Source: Octopus bimaculoides
Lineage: Eukaryota
DNA length: 64,000 bases
Reading direction: 5' to 3'
Assembly (NCBI RefSeq): GCF_001194135.2
Contig: NC_068987.1
Coordinates: 100,692,088-100,756,087, forward strand
The position numbers and the translations under genes were made by a program. Positions 26,705-37,420 of this stretch are shown piece after piece. Numbering within the stretch: the first letter of the stretch is position 1; the number at the start of each line of letters is the position of its first letter. Below the pieces are notes generated by a model, which searched no databases, was not told where the DNA came from, and saw nothing but the letters and a program-made list of their open reading frames with translations.

Positions 26705-27130
26705 TTTTCTACTATAGGAACAAGGCCCGAAGTTTTGAGGGAGGGGGGTAGTCATTTAGATCGACCTCAGTGCGCTACTGGTACTTAATTTATCCAACCC
26801 GAAAGGATGAAAGGCAAATTCGACCTCGGCGGAATTTGAAATCAGAAAGTTAAGACAGACGAAATACTGCTAAGCATTTCGCCCGGCGTGCTAACGTTCT
26901 TTATTTCTTTATTGCCAACAAAGGGCTAAACATGGAGGGGACAAACAAGGTGAGACAAAGGTATTAAGTCAATTATATCGACCCCAGTGCGTAACTAGTA
27001 CTTAATTTATCGACCCCGAAAGGATGAAAGTCAAAGTCGACTTCGGCAGAATTTGAACTCAGAACGTAACGGCAGACGAAATACCAATTTCTGTATTGCC
27101 CACAGGGGGCCAAACACAGAAATGGACAAA
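26705..27130 (-). mobile_element. Head-to-tail array of three SINE family 2 units
   Basis: Unit 1 is 26705-26900 (tail gggccttg..cctatagtagaaaag). Unit 2 is 26901-27083 and has a different tail (ccctttgttggcaataaagaaataa). Unit 3 is a tail only, 27084-27130. All share gaaaggatgaaag.caaa.tcgac.tcggc.gaatttgaa.tcagaa on the + strand where that region is present. Confidence 0.88.
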
Positions 27131-27329
27131 CCAACTGATTGGGATCAGTAATTCGTTATGATTCTACATAAAATATGAATATAAAAATTATATAAAATAC
27201 AAAACAAAATGTAGCGATGACCACGCTCGCACCCCACAAGCTCCGATCTATCGTTGGTACCTTTTTTTTTCTTCTGTTACAGCCTATTCATACGGTTCCT
27301 TGCACTCGAGCAACATACTTCTATCTATT

Positions 27330-28140
27330 TTTGAACATAGATAGCCGGAATAGCAGGAGGGCCTTACGGCACTCTTTATACCATTCACTCGACCTCGGTC
27401 TATGAAAACACCAGGCTTCCTTTTCGCAAAAAAAAAATGTTTGAACTCGGGTAACAATTATCTGGCGATCGGATACCACACCCGTTCACCATCCGGGAGA
27501 ATCTAGAGATGTCTCAACTTCAACGCATGCCTGCGCATCATTAATAATGGCATCCCTAAACCTCCCTTTAACGACTTTTGACAATAGGCAGAGCATTTCA
27601 CAAGTGGTGACCTGCCCTTCCACAAAAAGCAAAAGAGCTCTCTCTCCAACCTAATCAACCACGAATCCGGATAGGCACGATGGTCAGGCGGTAGTTAATG
27701 ACCGATGCGATAAACACATTTGCCACATACGCCTTCCCTTTCAGGGATAGCCACCACCATGACCAAGTCTTGACTACTGCAGCCACCCTGCTCGAAACCT
27801 CCGTCAAATTGTTCTCTAACTGGAGGCCTGACCCAAACCAGACTCCCAGCAAGTTAACCGGTCCCTCTGTCCAGCGCTCAACAACGCTGTCTGAAAGCAT
27901 CGACTGGCCAACCCCGGTGCCGAGCTGCAAGCCGACCGACTTTTCCAGGTTAATCTTTGCTCCTGCAACCGTCTCTTAAACCTCAATAGCCTTACCCACT
28001 TCACTTAGGCGTGCTACTGTGGTTACGATGATAGTCCACGTAATCTGTAACAAACTCCCTTAAAACTGGTTCTCTCGGGATGCCACTCAACCTTCGCAGT
28101 AGGGTCTCAAAAGCCACTACATACAAAAGTGGTGAGAGCT
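27330..28140 (-). mobile_element. Decayed Tx1/L1-clade LINE reverse-transcriptase fragment
   Basis: LSPLLYVVAFETLLRRL, ETVAGAKINLEKSVGLQLGT, WTEGPVNLLGVWFGSGLQLENN...LSLKGKAYVANVFIASVINYRLT, FLWKGRSPLV...KGGLGMPLLMMRRHALKLRHL: RT and thumb motifs of the Tx1 clade, with frameshifts. Confidence 0.85.
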
Positions 28141-28145
28141 GACAT

Positions 28146-28980
28146 ATCTAAATTACACAAAAATCAAAATGACATTGACATCTCATTTTAACACATATAT
28201 TTACCAAAAGTACATAAAAAATATCTTGAAATGCTAAAGAGTAAATTTAATTTATTCAATAAAACCACCAACTACAACTTCCAGACGACTTTAGAATCTT
28301 CTGCAACTTGTCAGGACGATCTCCTTGTTTAAGTTGGTGAATGCTGCTATAATCCTTGCCTTCAGATCATATTTGGAGTTATAAGGAATTTTGTTGATAA
28401 CTCGCTCAACTGCGCCCAACACAGAATAATAAGGGACTTGTAGTCTGGTGAGTTAGACGATATGGTCGCAGAAATTATCTTTCAGCCATGGAGTGGCTTC
28501 TCCTGCTTGTGTGCAATGATGCAGAGTTCTATTGGTAGACATAGTGTCTTCAACCAGCCACCCTCTTGAAGTAGGGCAGCACTGCCTTCCCCAAGCACTT
28601 GATGTTGGGCTCCGTGTAAAATCTGAAGTTGTTTGAGAAGATGAATAGAAGCATAAAGTCGCCATCACTAGAGATTACTCCAAATACCATGATGTTGACT
28701 GGATATCACTCTCGGTAGAAGTCCTTAAATTGCACTGCCCCCGGACTGACAACCAAACACTCTAAAATATTCGTACTGGAGCTTCCGGCTCGAATGCCAA
28801 GCAGTATAACCTGTCGTTTCGAAATATCTGCCAGAGTAAATTGTGTCCTGCCGCTGCTTTTCTCACTGACAGTGCCCTGTTGACCCTACCATACTTTGTA
28901 GTCGACAAAATCCAAAACAAACAATGTGCATGCGCGAACTTAAAAATATGAAATGTCGACAATTTATTCATCACACCCTG
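28146..28980 (-). mobile_element. Second maT-like (Tc1/mariner) family, internally deleted
   Basis: The 5' TIR (cagggtgtgatgaataaattgtcg) ends at 28980 with a TA flank. The minus strand reads PVNIMVFGVISSDGDF...KAVLPYFKRVAG...SNSPDYKSLYYSVLGAVERVINK...DLKARIIAAFTNLNKEIV...SRLEVVV. The other TIR is missing at the junction with the Tx1 fragment. Confidence 0.85.
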
Positions 28981-29745
28981 TATATATGCTTCGACATAAC
29001 GTACACAAATAGGGTAGATTGATCTATGTCTTGCTTAGGCGTGCCCGGGTTATCAATAGAGCCAAAATATTCAATGTGATATTGTATCTTTGAAGCATTC
29101 ATCATGTAGACTTATTATCATAGGCTTCATCATAATTTTGTGTTCAGAAGGATGGTAAACTTGGTAAGGCTGAAAGTAGATGGTATAACCTCGCTATAAT
29201 ACAGTGGCTTTTACTACATAACATCTCTTTACAAATTTAATGCTAGTGAAATTATTTATTTTTAAGCATTTTAGTTGCGACTAAATCTATTAAATTATAC
29301 CCTTCTATATAACTATCGTAATATTATACTATTATACTCGATAGAAAACTATAATAGAGAAATAACTTTGTTATTAGTCTACACAATAGAAGTAAACTTA
29401 TGAATAAAATATATAAATAATAATATTTTATAAATATTAAAGTAGCTTTATAACTTTAAATAAAAAAGGAATAAAGCAATGAAAGAAATGTTGTTTTTTC
29501 TTATTTATTCAACCCTTTGAATAAAGAAGTTTTTTGTTTCTTTTTTATTCAACCCTTTGAATAATTTCACATAAGATGATATATAATTTAAATATATATG
29601 AAAGTCTCAATTTGTTTTTGTTCTTCCTTTTTCTATATAGATACACCAGATATGGATGGGAAGTTAAGGTCACGGTTGAACTGGATAAAAGATCTGTTAT
29701 AGCTTTGTTTTTCAACTTAATCCACACACTTTCATACTACATATA

Positions 29746-30030
29746 CGTGGACTCATCAATCAGTTTGAAGGCTGTTGCCATTAGTAACGAAGCTAAAGCA
29801 CGTATGTGAAGCCACTTGACACAGATTGACCTTCAACTCAATTGTGCAGGTGCAGTAAGTTTCAAGATTCTAGCTCAAATTCGCTGTTTACAGCAGTGCC
29901 GGAAAGAAGGGGTGTAGCGTGTGATTGTCGCATTAATTATGACAGAAAGTTGATCAGATAATCTGCATAAATTTGTTCCTAAATCTTGGCGACACCTTCT
30001 CAGCGGCCTACGCAAAGTTTTAAAACGTAT
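29746..30030 (+). mobile_element. Mariner 5' end (left arm of an inverted pair)
   Basis: TA followed by cgtggactcatcaatcagt...gttgccattagtaacgaagctaaagcacg, then an N-terminal remnant MTE(K)VDQIICIN(F)..LGDTFSAAYAK. Homologous to the minus-strand arm at 30030-30530. Confidence 0.75.
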
Positions 30031-30530
30031 TCATCGTTCTGAACACAATCAAGAAAAATCTTTGGCAACTGAAACCCGAGTGTACAATTCGTCAGCTGAT
30101 GGTGATTCGACCATTTACCCTCATAGCTGCAAGCAAATCTGCGATGTTTGTCTCAGTTCTGCTGGGTGCAGATCACCCAGACCTTTCGTCAATATCGATA
30201 CTTTTTCGGCCATTTGGAAACATCTGAACCACTCATAAACTTTGTACACTTGTGTACGGCTCATACACTCCTCTCCATACACTTTCTGCACCTTTGTGTA
30301 GACCTCTGAGCAGGTATCGCATGACAACTGTCTTTATCATGGTTAATACGATGACCACACGCTACACACCTATCTGGTAAGCACTGTTTAAACAGCAGAA
30401 GTGAGGTAGAACGTTGAAACTTGAGGCACATGCACAGCTGTATGTGAGTACAATCTTTGTTAAGCGACTTTACTCTGCGTGCTTTAGCTTTGCTACTATG
30501 GCAACGGTCCGGATACGTTCTATATGATAT
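30030..30530 (-). mobile_element. Mariner 5' end with the HTH region of the transposase (right arm)
   Basis: DTCSEVYTKVQKVYGEECMSRTQVY..EWFRCFQ is a typical mariner N-terminal HTH, followed by AAMRVNGRITI. The upstream sequence gttgccatagtagcaaagctaaagcacgc matches the left arm. Confidence 0.85.
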
Positions 30531-31739
30531 GATATGATATATATATATATANNNNNNNNNNNNNNNNNNNNNNNNNNNNNNNNNNNNNNNNNNNNNNNNN
30601 NNNNNNNNNNNNNNNNNNNNNNNNNNNNNNNNNNNNNNNNNNNNNNNNNNNNNNNNNNNNNNNNNNNNNNNNNNNNNNNNNNNNNNNNNNNNNNNNNNNN
30701 NNNNNNNNNNNNNNNNNNNNNNNNNNNNNNNNNNNNNNNNNNNNNNNNNNNNNNNNNNNNNNNNNNNNNNNNNNNNNNNNNNNNNNNNNNNNNNNNNNNN
30801 NNNNNNNNNNNNNNNNNNNNNNNNNNNNNNNNNNNNNNNNNNNNNNNNNNNNNNNNNNNNNNNNNNNNNNNNNNNNNNNNNNNNNNNNNNNNNNNNNNNN
30901 NNNNNNNNNNNNNNNNNNNNNNNNNNNNNNNNNNNNNNNNNNNNNNNNNNNNNNNNNNNNNNNNNNNNNNNNNNNNNNNNNNNNNNNNNNNNNNNNNNNN
31001 NNNNNNNNNNNNNNNNNNNNNNNNNNNNNNNNNNNNNNNNNNNNNNNNNNNNNNNNNNNNNNNNNNNNNNNNNNNNNNNNNNNNNNNNNNNNNNNNNNNN
31101 NNNNNNNNNNNNNNNNNNNNNNNNNNNNNNNNNNNNNNNNNNNNNNNNNNNNNNNNNNNNNNNNNNNNNNNNNNNNNNNNNATATATATATATATATATA
31201 CATATATATGTGCATTTATTTCCTGACTTATGAATTTTTGGGCGGCTTACACGCACACGTACACTTCTATTAATGTGTATGTGAGTGTGTAGCCATGTTT
31301 TGGTCCTGATTGAGTACACTGATGCTCAAAGTCTTTCATTCATGATCATTTCACCTTTTCATTTAAATTGTAGAATATCATAGGACTATAGTGTATAATG
31401 CGTCCTTTCTATTTTGAAAGGCCGAGTGTGATTTCGGATAGAGTTGGCTAAGTTTTCATAGCAGGTAGGAAGATTATTTTGAGGTTCATCTTCTTGAGTG
31501 CGACTAGAAAATAGAATCTGAGTGTTTAGAATAACAAGAAGAAATATTATTAACAAAATATAAAGTTGACAATATGTTGAGACAGACTGGTCAAGAAAGA
31601 AAGAAAAGAAAATATGCATAAAGCTAAAGAATCTGGTCAAAGATATGACGAGCAAACCAGCTTTGAAATTGACAGGTTTCTAAAAATAGGGTTCAATGTG
31701 TAGAGGAAAGAAGAAATAAGTATGTTTAGGTCATCAAAA

Positions 31740-31820
31740 TAGCAAGAATATAAAAGAGAGAAAGAAAGAGAGAGGAGGAGAGAGGGGAAGAGCGAGCGAG
31801 AGAAACAGACACACAGAAGG

Positions 31821-31859
<39 letters not shown>

Positions 31860-31975
31860 GGAGAGAGAACATACTGGCAAAGAGAGAGAAGAAGGAGGTG
31901 AATGGGAGTGAAAGGGGGAGAGAGATCTTGTAGAATTAAGAAAGATTGTATAAATATGAAAGAGAGAGATAGTCT
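31740..31975. repeat. (GA)n / purine-rich low-complexity tract
   Basis: Directly visible. Confidence 0.9.
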
Positions 31976-32994
31976 CGAATGCCACAGCTTGATACAAAGA
32001 CGACTACGTATGGTTTTAATGGACAGTTTGTTGCATCAGTGTTTAGTTGTAAATTAATTAATAAATACCTAATAAAATATATTATTATTACGATATAATA
32101 ACTCATTAAAAATTAATAATACTGTTTATATATCTTTTTAATTATCACAATGACTATAACACGGGGTAAATAATTAAAATTATGGTAATGTTTAGTACTG
32201 AAGCTACTAGTATTTATTGAAATTGATTTTTATCGTAATCCGGAAGCTATGTTGGAAAGGAACTGTTGAAAATGTAGACGTCGATAGTTATCTGACTGTT
32301 AATTGTTATATGAAATCCTGAAAGGAATAAAAGTTTCGGTGAGTATTGTTAAATACGAAATCAAGTAGTAAAGTCATAAATAAATAACACAAAGCATTTT
32401 TTTCCAGCATTGTAAATATTTGATAACCAATACAATATATATTTGTTAACATCAATCAGTCATGCCCATCAGGATAAATGCCCTCCTTCGTCTGACTAAA
32501 TGGCGAAGGAAAATTTTTCTTTCTGGTACCTATAAAAGCCTGCAGCCTTTTACAGACAAGGAACCTATAGCAGTTAAGCAGACTCAAAATATACCTGCAT
32601 GTCAGTAGCCAGTGCATATCTAACCCGCTATGTATGTGTTTGAAAGAGATGACAAATTAGCTGTGGAGAAGCTTTTCATCGTTAGTAGTTCACTCATTGA
32701 CTTTTAAACAATTTACTTGACAGGGCGGAAAAAGTGTTCCGTCCCCGAGAGAATTGATGGAATGATATCTTAGACTAGCTAAGACATATATGAGCCTGGA
32801 AAGCATTGGACAACAGAATTTAGTATGACATGTATACATGTATTTCATGATGCTTCCTTTTAATTTTTCTGTATAAATCCTCACTCTTTGAACTGGCTTT
32901 GTAATTTTCCCTCTAATCTGTTGCTTATGTGGCGAATAGCAGATATCGTTGTTGTTGTTGTTGTTGTTGTTATTGTAGTTTATATAATTATTAT

Positions 32995-33215
32995 TAACCA
33001 TGGTATGGACGAATGAGTTACATTCGGAGTCAATGTCCTTGGTAAGGAGTGACAAACATGTTTTCTTTAGACATCGAGAACATTTCTCACAATCCTTGCT
33101 GTTCTCAATGGAGCAGGTTTCTGATTCAATGTAATTCTCGTAGTTACATCAATCTCAATGAGGAAACTGTAAGTCTGTTAGTGACGTTACCTACTGCACC
33201 TATAACAGTGGAAAT
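32995..33215 (-). mobile_element. R4/Dong-like LINE extreme 3' end (fragment A)
   Basis: Minus strand reads PTVIGAVG...QKPAPLRTARIVRNVLDV* (the R4-clade ORF C-terminus QKxALLGTARILRKVL*), then a short 3' UTR ending in taataataat. Confidence 0.7.
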
Positions 33216-33219
33216 TTAT

Positions 33220-33284
<65 letters not shown>

Positions 33285-33286
<2 letters not shown>

Positions 33287-33560
33287 GCTGAAGTTCAAAA
33301 AGATAGTGCTCATGGGAACTGCCCATATCCTACGTAAAATACTGTCTATGTGATCTCAAATTTTAAAGCAAACATAATTTTCTTGTGGTTTCTTAAACAT
33401 TCACTTGAACAAAACTGTACAAATCCAAATATAAGGTACCCTAGGCATAACACCTACATGAACTTCTAACTTGTTGTCTCTTGAGGTCTCTGGGTGAGAC
33501 TTGGATCCAACTTGTACAAATGCAAAACAAAAGTCAAACATAAAATAATAATAATAATAA
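33285..33560 (+). mobile_element. R4/Dong-like LINE extreme 3' end (fragment B) inside (AAT)n
   Basis: AEVQKIVLMGTAHILRKILSM*, then a 3' UTR of about 190 bp ending aaacataaaataataataat. (AAT)n lies on both sides (33221-33284 and 33543-33560). Confidence 0.8.
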
Positions 33561-33642
33561 TAGTTGTTGCTGTTGTTATTATTATTATTACTGTTGATGT
33601 TGTTATTGTTATTATTATTATTATTGTTGTTGTTGTTGTTGC

Positions 33643-33677
<35 letters not shown>

Positions 33678-34826
33678 GTCAAACTATTTGTCTGTAAGTA
33701 TGAGATTATAGAGGACCACGCTGACTTTGAACGTTGACAATGAATCTCTAAATGCTGGAGATGTAAGAATTGCATGTGGCATTTACCAGGGTGACTCACT
33801 ATCACCACTCCTCTTCTGTCTAACCCTAATACTTCTCTCAAAATTGCTCAATGATGCACAGTATGGTTATAAAATATTTGATAAAAAATATAAATCATCT
33901 CATTTACATGGATGATTTAAAGCTCTTTGCAAAAAATGACCAACAACTCAACGGCTTACTAGCGATTGTTATACAATTCAGTGATGACATCGGGATGCAA
34001 ATTGGCCTCTAAAAATGTACAACAGCTACCTTTATCAAACGAAAATTAACAGAAACATTTAACGTTGACATTGTCCAACATAATGTCATAAAAGTGTTAG
34101 AACCAACGGAGAGATACAAATACCTAGGGGTAATTGAAGGGGACGGAATCAAACATGCAGTGATGAAGGAAAAGATCAGAAGGCAATGTTATCGTAGAGT
34201 GAGAGCAATACTGAAGACAGAGCTCAATGCAAGAAACAGGATCGAAGCAATCAATGCTTTAGCCATACCAGTCATGACTTACAGTTTCAACACCATTAAC
34301 TGGTCAATTACTGAAATATGTAATATTGACAGAAAAATACGAAACCTATTGACAATGTATCGAATGCACCATCCTAAGGTAGATATAGAATAACTGTATC
34401 TGCCAAAAAAAGAGGGAGGCCGTGGACTTTTACAACTGGCATTAACAATGAAGATTGCCACAATTGGCCAGACACCTATCTGAAAAACTCCCAGAGCTGA
34501 ATGTTAAACCTTGTCTCAAAACATGAAAGCAAGAAAGCATTACACTCAGTAGCAAAGCAAGCAATGGTATATTTAAGTGAATTCTGAATACAACAAATTC
34601 CAGAATTAGACGCATTAGGAACAATCGCAGAAAAATCTAAGCGCATGAAAATCCATGCTAAAACTGCTGCCTTAGATATTCTGATTGATAAATGGCAAAT
34701 AAAATCTCTCAATGGCAAATACCCAAAGAGAGCAAATAACGTCGATGTTGATAAAACCCTTACCCATCAATGGCTAATGGCTTCGGCGTAAAATCAGAAA
34801 CAAAAGGGATTATCATAGTAGGCCGA
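33678..34826 (+). mobile_element. R4/Dong-clade LINE reverse-transcriptase fragment (fragment C)
   Basis: GIYQGDSLSPLLFCL, HLHYMDDLKLFAKND (frameshifted), FSDDIGMQIG, ERYKYLGVIEGDGIKH..MKEKIRRQCYRRVRAILKTELNARNRIEAINALAIPVMTYSF, LYLPKKEGGRGLLQL and THQWLMAS. Contains stops and frameshifts. Confidence 0.9.
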
Positions 34827-34844
34827 TTATTATTATTATTATTC

Positions 34845-35285
34845 AGTAGTTTTATTTTTATAACGTGCTTTCGCTTCACTACCAAGCGCAGCTCTGTGTA
34901 AGTCCTGGTGTTTTTGTTATGTATTTGTCTGAATATTTTTTATTATACCTAAGGCACCTACTATGATAGGAATTGTTTCTGTTTTTAGATTTCACATTCG
35001 AGTTACCTCTATTTCCAGGTTTTGTATTTTAAAAGTGTTTCCATTTCTTTTAGGGAAACGTTGTCATCTGCTGGTCTTGATACATCAATTAGAGGGCATT
35101 GTTTTCTTCATGATCTTTGACAACTATATCTGGTCTATTTTCCTTAATTTCTCTATCTGTGTGTATTGGCATATCCCAGAGTATGGTTGCTTTCTCGTTT
35201 TCTGTGACCTTTTCTGGCATGTGTTTATACCATCTTTTTTTCTGTTGTTATTCCATACTGTTGGCATAGCTTCCAGTGTATATAG
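34845..35285 (-). mobile_element. R4/Dong-like LINE 3' end with restriction-like endonuclease (fragment D)
   Basis: WYKHMPEKVTENEKATILWDMPIHTDREIKENRPDIVVKD...ETIPIIVGALGIIKK carries the RLE PD motif. The 3' end aaaataaaactactg is flush with (AAT)n, and (TAA)n also lies at the truncated 5' end. Confidence 0.88.
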
Positions 35286-35295
35286 GTTATTATTA

Positions 35296-35352
<57 letters not shown>

Positions 35353-35760
35353 GGCGCAGGAGTGGCTGTGCGGCAAGTAGCTTGCTTTCGAACTACATGG
35401 TTACGGGTTCAATCCCACTGCGTGGCACCTTGTGCAAGTGTCGTCTTCTACAGCCTGAGGCCGACCAAAACCTTTTGAGTGGATTTGATAGAGGGAAACT
35501 AAAAGAATCCCGTCGTATGTATTTATGCATGCGTGTACATGTTTGTGTGTCTGTGTTTGTCCCCCCAACATCGCTTGACAAACGTTGCTGGTGTGTTTAC
35601 GTCTTCCTAACTTAGCGCTTCGGCAAAAGAGACTGATAGAATAAGTACTAGGCTTACAAAGAAGAAGTTCTGTGGTCGATTTGCTCTAGTAAAAAGGCGG
35701 TGCTCCAGCATGTCCACAGTCAATTGACTGAAACAAGTAAAATAGTAAAAAAGTAAAAGA
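35353..35760 (+). mobile_element. SINE family 1, full-length tRNA-derived copy
   Basis: A-box tggctgtgcgg (35363), B-box ggttcaatcc (35406), central ggcaccttgtgcaagtgtc, an internal AT/GT-rich tract, and a 3' stem-loop cagtc-aatt-gactg followed by aaacaagtaaaa. Inserted in (TTA)n. Confidence 0.92.
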
Positions 35761-35825
35761 GATTATTATTATTATTATTATCATCATTCTCAACATCATC
35801 ATCATCATCATCATTATTATTATTA

Positions 35826-36870
35826 TTCCTTCCTAAAACAGTGCAGGTTAAAATGCACCGGAGTCTTTAGTCATCTGTCAAATCACAGAAATGATTTTAG
35901 ACAGATAATACTTTCCTTACGATGTGCTTTGTGCCCAATAAGGCTTCTTTCTGCAAGATATCAATCTTGCACGGGATTTCCAGTTGCGTTAAGAGCTCTT
36001 GAAGTTTCAGTGTGATTGAGCCAACGAACCGATCCCCACTGTTGTCACTTTTACGTTACCCTCTCGCATTCCATACAGTTTTGGCATTTCCACTTTCGAT
36101 TCCGAGGAATTAGTGGTATTTTCAACCTCTTTACTCACAACTTTCATATCATTGGGTATGGATACATCAATGACCTGACAGTATTTGTCTCTCTTACTCA
36201 ATATGACAATATCCGGCCGACGGATATTCTGTCTGAATATCATAGTCCCAGAGTATCGTTACCTTTCCTTCCTCCTTGTTACAAGCTTATACCTGTTCGC
36301 TGTTACTTCATTTTGATATTTACGACATAAGAGCCGATGAAGATACACATTTTATCGTGGCGGCATTTGTATTCTTTTGGTGCAAGGCTCTCACATACAC
36401 TTATTTATGCACATGTGGGTCACATTTTCCGCACTCTTTTCACAGAGTTTGCATTTCTTGATGTCAGAAGTTTTATAGATTTTCTTCTTCACTGAATCGG
36501 TAGTGAAACCCTGGTCTTGTGCAACAATGATCGATGGTACGCTTCAAATCACCTGGCTCAATCCATGCCAACAATGCTGTATTATCCTTAACGTCTTGGG
36601 TATTCCTTTCAAACTCTTCATGCATTTTCATTTCAAGAAGATTTTTTTTCCTCTTCTCCTCAACTCTTTCGTTAAGCTCTTCCTTGCCCATCATTTCATC
36701 TGCAGTTAAACTTATATCTTTCGCGACATATGGCAGCAGGTCTTCATCACTATTTATAAAAGACAGAAAATTTACAGATTTGTTAGAACATCGGATTGAA
36801 ATCTTCGCATTATTTATACCCATTTTCTCTAGTTTGAATTTGACTACAATCTTGTCAGTGCTACCTTACA
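35826..36870 (-). mobile_element. R4/Dong-like LINE 3' kilobase with CCHC and RLE domains (fragment E)
   Basis: EMKMHEEF...WIEPGDLK, KCKLCEKSAENVTH..CESLAPKEYKCRHDK (zinc knuckle), ILWDYDIQT..RRPDIVIL...VIDVSIPND, LQKEALLGTKHIVRKVLSV*. The 3' UTR ends ggaaggaataataat. Confidence 0.88.
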
Positions 36871-36959
36871 TCTAATCGACAACGTAAAGCTACTGTTAGA
36901 TACTAAAGTTCATAATATCAACTAATTCCGTCACCTCAAAATTGTTTGATGATAGGCTC

Positions 36960-37420
36960 ACAATTCACAAGGACCACATTCACGGTTCAGTTCCATTGTG
37001 TAGTCATTTGGTCAAGTGTCGCCCACTCTCGCTTCAGGCCGACCAAGCCATTGTGAGTGAATTTTGTCGACGAGAACTGAAAGTAGCCCTTCGAGCCTAT
37101 ATGTGTGTGTCTCACTGTCTGTCTCTATGTCTGTGTGTGTGTGTGTGTGTCTCACTGTCTGTCTCTATGTCTGTGTGTGTGTGTGTGTGTCTCTGTGTGT
37201 GTGTCTTTCTATTTGTCTACCACCAATACTTGCCAACCGGATTTTTCGTATTTATGTCCTCGTAACCTAGCTGTTCAACAAAAGAGAACGATAGGATATG
37301 TTCCACGTTGAAATCAACGTATTAGGGTCGATTCATTCGACTAGAAAGTGAACGCCATACCCCAGCATGTCCGCAGTCTAGTTACTGAAACAAGTTAAAG
37401 ATAACAGAAAAGATAAAAGA
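36960..37420 (+). mobile_element. SINE family 1, older diverged copy with an internal 40-bp tandem duplication
   Basis: ggttcagttcc (B-box-like), gtcaagtgtc, ggccgaccaagccattgtgagtg, and the tail ccccagcatgtccgcagtctagttactgaaacaag. The unit ctcactgtctgtctctatgtctgtg(tg)n is repeated at 37111-37150 and 37151-37190. Confidence 0.85.

Noticed and set aside
26705-27130. CRISPR-like repeat-spacer array
   Set aside because: The repeated units are SINE bodies of about 190 bp in eukaryotic DNA. There are no short constant repeats with unique spacers and no cas genes.
29500-29562. Duplicated 20-bp mini-hairpin ttattcaaccctttgaataa (and a duplicated ttttattcaaaacacc near 56985-57025)
   Set aside because: Short local duplications in very AT-rich DNA, with no evidence of function.
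33678-35285. Twin-priming inversion of a single LINE insertion
   Set aside because: Twin priming gives divergent segments with the 3' tail outermost. Here the segments converge and the tail is internal.
35353-35425. tRNA gene
   Set aside because: A and B boxes are present, but the sequence runs straight into a repeat body and LINE-like tail shared with other copies, and no complete cloverleaf is evident. It is a SINE head.
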